Shown here piece after piece: positions 32,455 through 43,585 of a DNA stretch of 64,000 nucleotides (position 1 is the stretch's first letter; each line of letters begins with the position of its first letter). The stretch covers positions 35,278,001 to 35,342,000 of the forward strand of contig OZ024753.1 in assembly GCA_964016885.1 (NCBI GenBank), in the 5' to 3' direction. The notes below the pieces were generated by a model, which was given only the letters and a program-made list of their open reading frames with translations, ran no database searches and was not told the DNA's origin. Position numbers and translations under genes: made by a program. This DNA is from Eledone cirrhosa (lineage: Eukaryota).

Positions 32455-33510
32455 ATCATCATCATCAACGTTTAACGTCCGTGTTCCACGCTTGCATGGG
32501 TTTGGACGGGGGTATTCCCACTTGAGGCAAGAGTGATTGTCTTGCTCGCATAGGACTGTCTGGCAGGTTTTCTACAGTTGGATGCCCTTCCTAACACCAA
32601 CCACATTTACAGTGTGGGTCTGGGAGGTTTTTACCGTGTTGCCTACACGGCCACATTACAGCGTGGACTGTGTGTTTTTTTGTCGTGACACCTACACGAT
32701 CTCATTTGTTTCGGCCTGGATGGTGTGGCACCAACATAACTTTACATAGAAGGGGGTGGTGTGGATGGGGTGGGGGCGGTGGGACGGGGTGTATTTTGTT
32801 AGAGATGTCTACTGGCTGTAGTAGGTTTTACTATGTATTTAGGTAAGGCGGGTCTTCTCTATTACTGAGTACCGCCAAAGGTCTCGGTCCAGTGACATTG
32901 TCTTGGAGAGGTGTAAGTGTGTGAGGTCGGTGTTTATCAGCTCGTCCCAGGTTTTTCTAGGTCTGCCTATTCCGTGGCTACCGTCTATCTTTATTGCCCT
33001 GCACTTTGTTATACAGCTGTCGACCGACTTTCATGCGCATCACGTGTCCATACCAACGTAGTCTTCTCTCGAGTAAACAACATCTGATCCCTCTTATTTC
33101 TAATTTTTTCCTTAGTTCGTTTATGCTTTGCCGTTCACGTATATTACTATTACACATCCAGCGGAGCATGCAAGCTTCGTTCCTCTCTAGTCTGCGTATA
33201 TCCTCTGCACACAATGCCCAGGTCTCACTGCCATGCAACATTGCTGTTCGTATGCAGGCATCATACAACCTGCCTTTCATTTTTAGGGAGAACCCTTTAG
33301 CGGCTAATAGTGGTATAAGCTCTCTGAACTTTTTCCATCCAGTTCTGACTCTAGCTACTGTACTTTCAGAGCACCCTCCCCCACTGCTGATTTTGTCACC
33401 CAGGTAACGGAAGCTGTCCACTATTTCTATAGAGCCCTCTGCGCAGTTGTAAGAGCTAGTATTTTGTGAGCACTTGCTGCTACTTATTGCACCAGAGCAC
33501 CGGCCACATG
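32455..33510 (-). mobile_element. RTE-clade LINE family B, 5'-truncated, with a long 3' region, inserted in the 72-bp satellite
   Basis: CGRC..SFRYLGDKISSGGG..LRWYGHVMRM. A GTCG duplication near 33025 shifts the frame, which resumes DSCITKC..GRPRKTW..EKTRLT*. About 390 bp of 3' region follow, then (GAT)n. Confidence 0.93.
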
Positions 33511-33595
33511 TATACATAAATATTGATGTGTAAACACACATTCATAGATGCCAACATAGATACTAACATGTAAACATACACACATACATAAATAT

Positions 33596-33855
33596 TTGTC
33601 TCTACTTTAGGCACAAGGCCAGCAATTAACCAGTGCATTACTGGTACTTTATTTTATCGACCCCGTAAGGATGAAAGGCAAAGTCAACCTCGGCGGGATT
33701 TGAACTCAGATCGTAAAGGGACGTAACTATGCTGGAAAGCATGGCGTCCGACCCTCTACCGATACTGCCAATCCACATAAATATTTGTTTCTACTTTAGG
33801 CACAAGGCCAGCAATTACCCAGTTCATTACTGGTACTTTATTTTATCGACCCCGT
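33596..33855 (-). mobile_element. SINE family 2: full copy plus partial tandem copy
   Basis: Matches the consensus. CATAAATATT is repeated at the junctions. Confidence 0.9.
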
Positions 33856-34089
33856 GATGTGTAAACACACATACATAGATACTGACGTGTAAACGTACAT
33901 ACACACAAAATCTGAATTAAAATACAAGACCAAACATTAAACTGTGAATGTCTGAGACCAGAAAATTGGAATTCTATTCCAGAAATTTCCACAATAATTA
34001 AACCAAATACTGTTCAACAGAAATATTATTCCTGCTTTTTGTTTTCTGTTAGACACAATGGTGATACAGCTGTCTGTCATTAAAGATAG

Positions 34090-35362
34090 ACTATAGTACA
34101 GTCTTGTATAACATTAGAGCAAGCTATCACTACCATTCTATAGTACATTATAGTACACTATAGTACAGTCTTGTATAACATTAGAGCAAGCTATCACTAC
34201 CATCCTATAGTACATTATAGTACACTATAGTACAGTCTTGTATAACATTAGAGCAAGCTATCACTACCATCCTATAGTACATTATAGTACACTATAGTAC
34301 AGTCTTGTATAACATTAGAGCAAGCTATCACTACCATCCTATAGTACATTATAATACAGTCCTACCTTATATTGTCGATAACATAAAGTACCAGTAATAC
34401 ACTGGGATAATTGCTGGCCTTGTGCCAAAAGTAGAAACAATTATACTATAGTATAGTCTTGTATAACATTAGATCAAAATACCACTGCCATTCTATAGTA
34501 CATTATAGTACACTATAGTACAGTCTTGTATAACATTAGATCAAAATACCACTACCATTCTATAGAACATTATAGTACACTATAGTACAGTCTTGTATAA
34601 CATTAGATCAAAATACCACTACCATTCTATAGAACATTATAGTACACTATAGTACAGTCTTGTATAACATTAGACCAAAATATCACTACCATTCTATAGT
34701 ACATTATAGTACACTATAGTACAGTCTTGTATAACATTAGACCAAAATATCACTACCATTCTAAGGTACATTATAGTACACTATAGTACAGTCCTGTATA
34801 ACATGAGACCAAAATATCACTACCATTCTATAGTACACTATAGTACAGTCCTGTATAACATGAGACCAAAATATCACTACCATTCTATAGTACATTATAA
34901 TACACTATAGTCTTGTATAACATTAGATCAAAATATCACTACTACTCTATAGTACACTATAGTACACTATAGTACAGTCTTGTATAACATGAGACCAAAA
35001 TATCACTACCATTCTATAGTACATTATAATACACTATAGTACAGTCTTGTATAACATTAGATCAAAATATCACTACTACTCTATAGTACACTATAGTACA
35101 CTATAGTACAGTCTTGTATAACATTAGACCAAAATATCACTACCATTCTATAGTACATTATAGTACACTATAGTACAGTCTTGTATAACATTAGACCAAA
35201 ATATCACTACCATTCTAAGGTACATTATAGTACACTATAGTACAGTCTTGTATAACATTAGACCAAAATATCATTACTACTATTCTATAGTACACTATAG
35301 TACAGTCTTGTATAACATTAGACCAAAATATCACTACTATTCTACAGTCCTACCTTACATTA
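34090..35362. repeat. 67-bp tandem satellite with an internal 10-bp subrepeat (about 18 copies)
   Basis: CAGTCTTGTATAAC at 34099, 34166, 34233 and onward. (C/T)TATAGTACA occurs 2-3 times per unit. A SINE fragment lies at 34374-34442. Confidence 0.95.
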
Positions 35363-35884
35363 CACAAGACAACTTATCTAACCCATGCAAAAATGGAAAA
35401 TAGATGTTAAATCCTGCTGCTGCTGATGATGATGATAGTGTAGACACATTAATGACATGTTTTGATGTTCTTGAAATCAGCAAAGTTTTAGAACATCACA
35501 CTCCTGTCAAAATATCCACCCACCTATGGTATCCATCTGTCACTCAGATCAATAGCTTCCTGTTAGATCCCACTATCGCAGAACATTCTGGAGAGGCTCT
35601 CTCTGACCCGGGTTTTGCTTTAGGGTTTCGTTATGTTCCTTACAGTCTTCTGGTACTCATATGTTGTTAGAGGACAGAAACAAAGTGAAATGAAGTGTTG
35701 TGCTCAGGGACATTGCACAGTCTTGGGATTAAACCCACAGCCTTACAATCATAAGCCCAACACCTCAACCACTAAGCTATGTACTTTCATATTTTATCAG
35801 AAGCTAATTAGTTTTTAGTTTAAATTTCTGATTCTGTTTCAAATTTAGATTGCTATAAATTCCATTTCTTATTGTCAAGAATTT

Positions 35885-36262
35885 ATGGATGCACAATGTA
35901 AATGTGAGAGAAAGACAGAGCTTGGATTAACTGAGAGAGAAACTGGGTTTAAGAGGAATCTAAAGTTGTATGCAAAGAAGAAGGCTGCATTAGTATGGAC
36001 ATGTGATGTGCATGGATGATGATCACTGAGTAAAGAAGTTCCAGGAAATCCCAGTGGAAAGAAGCCTCAGTAGAGGAAGACTATGAAAATCTGGGTGGTG
36101 ATGGTGGTGAGGGGTGATCACAAATTGCTGAAACTCACAGAGGAGAGGACAAATGAAAGCAACAAGTGGAGAGGTGCTGTGCTGGAAAGGACCCATCCAA
36201 CCCATGGAAGCATGGAAAAACAGACATAAAAACGATAATGATGTTGATGATGATGATGATGA
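35885..36262 (+). pseudogene. Old decayed RTE 3' end
   Basis: LREKLGLRGI..YGHVMCMDDDH*VKKFQEIPVE, with tail CCAACCCATGGAAGCATGGAAAA..(GAT)n. Confidence 0.8.
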
Positions 36263-36727
36263 CCAGTTAGGCTTGCGTTTTCCTAATAAAGAAACTTGTC
36301 TTTGTCAATGATTGTCCTTCCACTGTGTAACAAAAGGGCTTCAATGAAAACTATCGAGTTCAGATTAATCTTCTAGTAGTCAAGTACCATACTTAACAAC
36401 CAAGTAAAATCTAACTGCACATATAAGGTCTGTTTTAACAACCATGATGGTAAAATTATACCACATTTTATGTCTTCTTAAATCTTCCATGATCATCATC
36501 ATTACCGCCATTGTTTTAATGTCTGTCTATATATGTTGTTGTTGTTGTTGTTATTTGTCCTATAGTTACATGAACTGAACTGGTCTGTCATACAGCATCT
36601 TCTCTTCTCTTTTAAATTATTATTATTCATTGTCAATGAGGTTGGATGAGTCAACATCATTCTGTCCCTTTCGCCAATTAATCTTCACCTTAGATCAAGC
36701 TCATTCACTATATATATATATATATAC

Positions 36728-36789
<62 letters not shown>

Positions 36790-36834
36790 ATGCTAGCGTG
36801 GAAGAACGGACGTAAAACGGTGATGATGATGATG

Positions 36835-36867
<33 letters not shown>

Positions 36868-38118
36868 ATATATGAGGTTATATTGTAATAGTTCACTATT
36901 TTCATTGGTAAGATGAGATAAGCTCCTATATATATAAATATATAAATATATAAACATATATATGTGTGTGTGTGTGAGTGTGTATGTATGTATATATATA
37001 TATATACATATATATATACATATAAATAGTGTGTATTTTTATATATGTATATATATATTTATATTTATATATATTTATATATATGTATATGTGTGTATAT
37101 ATATATATATATACATACATACATATGTAAATATATATATTATACACACATACATATACATATATGTATAGACACATGCAGAGACACACACACACGTGTG
37201 TGTGTGTGTTTGTATCTTCATTGGGCTTTTGTTTTTAGATATTTTTTTTATTTCTACATTTCTCTATTTATATAATTTTCTTGTTTTTGCTCTGCTCATT
37301 TATTTCCTTTGATGAAAATTGCATATAAAATGGCAGGTGGCTTCTTCCCTTCCTACTGTCATTCACTAAATGATGAAATGGTGAAATGGTGGTGACCATC
37401 AACCATTAACACTAGACAATATGGAGCTTAACTTTATATCTCTTCGCCAGCCCATCCTCAATCTATCATAAGCAACAGCAGCAACTAGATTAGTTAGTAT
37501 GCAATGAAATCAACCACTTTAACACTCTGACCTGTATTTATTTTGATAAGGGGAACAGGCCAATAGCTACCTACAATAAATAATTCACTCACATGTAGAG
37601 TGAGAGGTAAGAGGTAGGGGAAAACAGTAAAACCCAAAAACATATATAACAAATTTTAAAGCATGCAGCTTAGTGGTTAGGGGTGTTGTCTAAAGATCAT
37701 AAGGTCATGGTTTGATCCTTGCTTTAAACACGCTGTCATGTATTTATTTTGATAAGAGAAACAGGCCAATAGCCTGTTGAAAGCAGTAATAAGGATTTCT
37801 ATTTTAGGCACAAGCCCAGCAATTTGTGGTGAGGAGCAAAAAGTCGATTATAAAGATCCTGGGGGAGTCAGAACAATTTGGGATCAGTTCCTTGACTAAA
37901 ACACACACAAAAAAAGCAGACAATGCAGTACAATGAAGAAATATATTTGTTTAATGTTTGATATAGAGGGAAAAGTGTCTTAACCTTTTGGGTACTAGTC
38001 CTTCATCAGAAGACAGATTGAAAAATAAAAGATGAAATAGAAAGATAAAGAGTGAGAAGAAGAAGGAATGGAAAAAACATTTGAGAAAAAGACATGCGTG
38101 TTCAGTCAAAGAAAACAC

Positions 38119-38168
<50 letters not shown>

Positions 38169-38325
38169 ATATATATCATCATCATCATCATCATCATCAC
38201 CATTTTACATCCGTTCTTCCACGCTAGCATGGGTTAGACGGGTTGTCCTGTTGTGGGCAGTGTTCAGTCGGCTGACCTTGTCTTGCTCATCCAGGAACTG
38301 ATTCTGGCTTGATTTCTACAGCTGG

Positions 38326-39019
38326 ATCATCATCATCATCATCATCATCATTTTACGTCCGCTTTTCCCTGCTTGCAAGGGTGGGACGGGTCTTATTCAG
38401 CACAGCATCTCTCCACTCGTCACGGTCCCTCGTCATCTCCACCGTGAGCTTCAATGATCTGAGGTCTGTTCTCACCACCTCCGCCCATGTTTTTCGTGGT
38501 CTACCTCTACCACGTCTTCCTTCAACTGGCATTTCCTGGCACTTCTTCACCCATCGGTCATCCTCCATGCGCATCACATGTCCATACCACCTCAGTCTCC
38601 TCTCCCGTACACTACATTCTATCCCTCTCAGACACAGTTTCTCTCTCAACACATTTATGCTGGGTCGTTCACGCACATTTACACTGCACATCCAACGGAG
38701 CATGCTTGCCTCATTTCTCTCCAGCCGTCGCATATCTTCTGCGGTAGCTGCCCATGTCTCACTACCATGCAGCATCGCGCTCCTCACACAGGCATCATAC
38801 AACCGGCCTTTCGTACGCAGGGAGAAACCCTTCTTCGTCAACAGAGGAAGCAGCTCCCTAAACTTCTTCCAACCCGTCCTTATTCTAGATACTATGGCCT
38901 CGGAACACCCTCCTCCCATGCTAATCTGATCTCCTAGGTACCGGAAGCTATCCACCACTTCTATAGCGCCCTCTCGCATTTGAAAAATGTGTCTATCAGT
39001 GCGACTTCTACTGTCTAAT
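38326..39019 (-). mobile_element. RTE family A, 5'-truncated young copy
   Basis: Near-identical to 25345-26047. The translations differ only at GRRSRG vs GRRGRG. Confidence 0.96.
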
Positions 39020-39107
39020 ATACTGTCTGGATATATATATATATGTATATAAAGTACGTAGAGTGTTTGAATTGAATTAATATTTACCATAAGTATATAT
39101 ATATATA

Positions 39108-39511
39108 TAAATACAAAGTAAAACCTACTACAGTCATTAGGCATCTCTAACAAAACACACCCCCGTCCCACCACCCCCACCCCATCCACACCGCCCCTTT
39201 CAATGTAAAGTTATGTTGGTGCCACAACATCCAGGCCGAAACAAATGAGATCGTGTAGGTGTCACGACAAAAAAACACACAGTCCACGCTGTAAATGTGG
39301 CCGTGTAGGCAACACGGTAGAAACCTCCCAGCCCCACACTGTAAATGTGGTTGGTGTTAGGAAGGGCATCCAGCTGTAGAAAACCCGCCAGACAGTCCTA
39401 TGCGAGCAAGACAATCACTCTTGCCTCAAGTGGGAAAACCCCCGTCCAAACCCATGCAAGCGTGGAACACGGACGTTAAACGTTGATGATGATGATGATG
39501 ATGATGATGAT
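39108..39511 (+). mobile_element. Complete 3' region of RTE family B
   Basis: Starts TAAATACA.AGTAAAACCTACTACAG, which is the stop codon position of the 32455-33510 ORF, and runs to (GAT)n. Confidence 0.88.
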
Positions 39512-39867
39512 ATAAATATATATATAAATACTTACGGTAAATATTGAATTCAATTCAAGCACTCTACGTACTTTTTCCACATAGGAACGATGGAATATAT
39601 TTAGAATAAGAAAGTGCAAAGTAGTTTCAGATGTTAAAAAATGTGATTGGCATTAGGAAGGGCATCCAGCAGTAGAAAAGCAGCCAAAAACAGTCCTGTA
39701 CGAGCGAGACATGGTCACCCAACCAAACTTGCTGCAAATGGGACAAACCCATCTAACTCATGCTAGCATGGAAGATAGATGTTAAATTATGATGATGATG
39801 ATATTATATATCATCATCATCATCATCATCATCATCGCAAGGGTGGGATTATATATATATATTATAT

Positions 39868-40204
39868 ATCATCATCATCATCATTTTACGTCCGCTTTTC
39901 CCTGCTTGCAAGGGTGGGACAGGAACTGATTCTGGCTTGATTTCTACAGCTGGATGCCCTTCCTAACACCAACCTCATTTACAGTGAGTGCTGGGTGCTT
40001 TTTTGCCGTGGCACCTCCATGACCACTTTGCAGTGGAATGATAGGGACCCCAGTCCCTATCATCTCATTTCTACAGCTGAGTAAACTGGAACAATGTGAA
40101 ATAAAGTATCTTGCTCAAGGAAACAACACATCACCCGGTCTGAGAATTGAACTCACAACCTTTCGATTTCAAGGCCAAGGCTCTAACCACTAAGCCATGT
40201 GCCC

Positions 40205-40206
<2 letters not shown>
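39868..40206 (-). mobile_element. SINE family 1, full length
   Basis: Head GGGGCACATGGCTTAGTGGTTAGAGC..GAGTTCAATTC through to the RTE-A tail. Confidence 0.93.
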
Positions 40207-40302
<96 letters not shown>

Positions 40303-40640
40303 ACATACATATACATATATATATATATATATATTTAGAGAGAGAGAAAGAGAGAGTTACATACGCACAATGAGCGTTTCCCTTTCTTTATTACTAAACT
40401 GGAGATAGCAATATTGAATTGTTCTCTGAATATGTTTCCAGGTGTTGTTGAGTTAGGTGTGAACTTCAGCTGAGCTATCTGAGATATATAACCTGTTATG
40501 GACATTGTTGTCACTCCAATGCTGGATTATTCAACCATGTCAACAGCCCATAGCATTATCTAGTGTAAATACATATGAATTAGTAATTTTTATTTCCCCA
40601 TATCAAGCAAAAATAAGGTTCTGTTCTATATCTGATAATA

Positions 40641-40829
40641 ATTGTTTCTACTTTTGGCCAGAGGCCAGCAATGACCCCAGTGCATTACTGGTGCTTTATT
40701 TTATTGACACCGTAAGGATGAAAGACAAAGTTAACCTCAGCGGGATTCGAACTCAGACTGTAAAGGGCCGTAACTCTATGATGCAAAGCTTGTCGTCCAA
40801 CGCTCTACCGATACTGCCAATCACTGCCC
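40641..40829 (-). mobile_element. SINE family 2, full length
   Basis: Matches the consensus, with B-box GAGTTCGAATCCC. Confidence 0.9.
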
Positions 40830-41004
40830 TATAGGAGGAGAAGAAGAAGAAGAAGAAGAATGACAACAACAACAACGACAAAATAATAATAATAACAGCA
40901 ATGTTTCCATTATCACAATATCAGATCATTTTCCTTTCACTGCAATCATTGAGTGACTAGTTGTGAAATATTGATGTTATGTGACCATAAAGGAGGGATG
41001 AACT

Positions 41005-41267
41005 AGTATTGGTGGTGGTGGTGGTGGTGGTGGTGGTGGGGCGTGGTGAGATGGTGTGGTGTGGTGGTGGTGGTGGTGGTGAGATCGTGGGGCGTGGTGG
41101 TGGTGGTAGTGAGATTGTGGGGCGTGGTGGTGGTGAAGGTGAGGTGGGGTGTGTGTGGTATTGGTCGTGGCGAGGGGGGGGGGGGGGGGGGGTGATTTAT
41201 CTGTCTGGCTGTGTCTATCTCTGTGTCTTTGTCATTCTGTCTGTCTGTCATTATGTCTGTCTGTCAT

Positions 41268-41305
<38 letters not shown>

Positions 41306-42445
41306 ATTCTGTCTGTGTGTCTGTGTGTCTGTATGTCTGAGTCTGTCTGTATATGTCTGAGTCTATCTGTGTGTCTGAGTCTATCTGTGTGTCTGAGTCT
41401 ATCTGTATCTGTCTGTGTGTCTGTGTCTATCTGTATCTGTCTGTGTGTCTGTGTCTATCTGTATCTGTCTGTGTGTCTGTGTCTATCTGTATCTGTCTGT
41501 GTGTCTGTGTCTATCTGTATCTGTCTGTGTGTCTGTGTCTATCTGTGTGTCTGTGTCTAAATGTCTGGCGGTGGAGGTGGTGAGGTGTGGGGGGTCGTGG
41601 TGAGGTGGGGGGCATGGTGGTGTTGGTTGTGGTGGTGGTGGGATGTGGGCGTGGTGGTGGTGGTGGTGGGGCATGGTGGTGGTGGGGCATGGTGGTGGTG
41701 GTGAGGTGGTGGTGGTGGTGGTGGTGGTGGAAGTGTCGGTGGTAGGGGTGATTTATCTGTCTGGCTGTGTCTATATCTGTGTCTTTGTCGTTCTGTCTGT
41801 CTGTCTATGTGTGTCTATCTGTCTATCTGTCTGTCTGTCTATCTGTCTATCTCTCTATCCACCTATGTGTGTCTGTGCCTGTCTATCTCTGTATCTGTCT
41901 ATGCGTGTCTGTGTGTCTCACTGTGTATGTCTATCTTTCTGTGTGTCTGTGTTTGTCTAGCTGTGTCTATCTGTATGTCTGTGTCTGTCTATGTGTATCT
42001 ACTTATGTCTGTCTATGTATCTACTTATGTCTGTCTATGTATCTACCTATGTCTGTCTGTGTATCTACCTATGTCTGTCTGTGTATCTACCTATGTCTGT
42101 CTGTGTATCTACCTATGTCTGTCTGTGTATCTACTTATGTCTGTCTATGTATCTACCTATGTGTGTCTGTGTGTATCTACCTATGTGTGTCTGTGTGTCT
42201 ACCTATGTTTGTCTATCTGTGTGTCTGTGTCTGTCTGTGTGTCTGTCTATCTGTGTGCCTGTGTGTCTGTCTATCTCTGCGTCTGTGTGTCTATCGCTGC
42301 CTCTCTGTGTCTATCTATCTGTGAATCTATGTGTCTCTGTCTGTCTAGCTGTGTCTATCTGTGTGAGCCTGTGTATCTAACTGTCTGTCTGTCTGTCTGT
42401 TTGTCTGTCTAGCTGTGTCTATCTGTGTGAGCCTGTGTATCTAAC

Positions 42446-42486
<41 letters not shown>

Positions 42487-42591
42487 GTCTTCCTGTGTCT
42501 GTCTCTGTATCTATCCATGTATCGATGTGTCTGTGTCTGTCTAGCTGTGTCTGTCTATGTGTGTCTCTATCCCTCTGTCTATCTATCTCTG
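41005..42591. repeat. (GGT)n and (TCTG/TCTA)n complex repeats
   Basis: Direct inspection. Confidence 0.9.
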
Positions 42592-43478
42592 GGTGCGCAG
42601 CAGGTGCGACGACGCCCTCGGAGAAGCCCTAGACATGGAGGAGGACGAACTGGCCAGCCTGTTCGGTATGACATTCAGCCCGGGACCTATGGACAACTTC
42701 CAGAAGTCCCTGGCCTGGCAGTGCTACCGAGGGGCTTTACCCGTTCGAGAAAGGCTCTACAGACACGGGCGCCCGGGTAGGGACCCCGCCAAAAAGATCT
42801 GTCCCAGATGCGTGTGCGACGAGGAAACCGTTGCACACGCATTAGTACACTGCTCGGGCGTAGCCGATCTGTGGGGCTATGTCGAACAACTGCTGTCAAG
42901 GGTGGGACCGATCCGGTTGACCACCGAGTCTATTGTAATGATCAAGCCGCCTCCCCCCTTCAAAGATGAAGCAGAGGCGGTGTTTCTGTGCGTAATAGCC
43001 ATGGCGAAAGAGGTTGTATGGTGGACGCGTCTGAAAGGACTGAGGTCGGGCACCTTTCTCTCTGGCCAACAACTGGTCCGTTTCTTCCGATATCATTTCG
43101 GAAGAAGGATCAGGATGGAGAGAGAGGTGCTGCACCCCAGCCGTTTCTATGAAAGATGGGTGAAAGTGGCGAGAATGGCCCGCGTGAATGGGCCTTCACT
43201 CTACATCAGACTATAGGTGAGGAAGATGAAAGACCAAGGGAGCACCCCTTCTCTGTGCTCCTGAGGAGAAGGGTTGCACACTTTTTTCGGGGGTGTGTGC
43301 GACCCCCCAAGGCGCCTCCTCTCTATTGAGGATTTTGTTGAAAATTTTATTTTTTGTTATATCTTATTTTATTTTTATATTTTGTTATTGCCTCCTCCTT
43401 ATTGAGGACGCCTTTTTGTGTAAACTCCCCCCTTTGTACTTGTCCCACTTTTGATGCCCTAGTGGCAAATAAAAGAAA
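42592..43478 (+). mobile_element. Tx1/L1-clade LINE 3' fragment (zf-RVT/CCHC region, 3'UTR)
   Basis: Open frame to 43216: W..YRGALP..RL, CPRC..EETVAHALVHC..LW. AATAAA at 43468. TSD TCTATCTATCTCTG at 42578-42591 and 43479-43492. Confidence 0.92.
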
Positions 43479-43585
43479 TCTATCTATCTCTGAGTCTTCC
43501 TGTGTCTGTGTATCTATATATGTCTGTCTTTGTATCTATCCATATATATATATATATGTGTCTGTCTATCTCTGTGTGTGTCTGT

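Noticed and set aside
29192-32468. 1082-aa and 1046-aa ORFs
   Set aside because: They arise from CA-rich repeats and a 72-bp (multiple of 3) satellite. Several frames are open at once, with no coding signature.
29440-35362. CRISPR-like repeat/spacer appearance of the tandem arrays
   Set aside because: The DNA is eukaryotic, the spacers are simple or repeated and not unique, and there are no cas genes.
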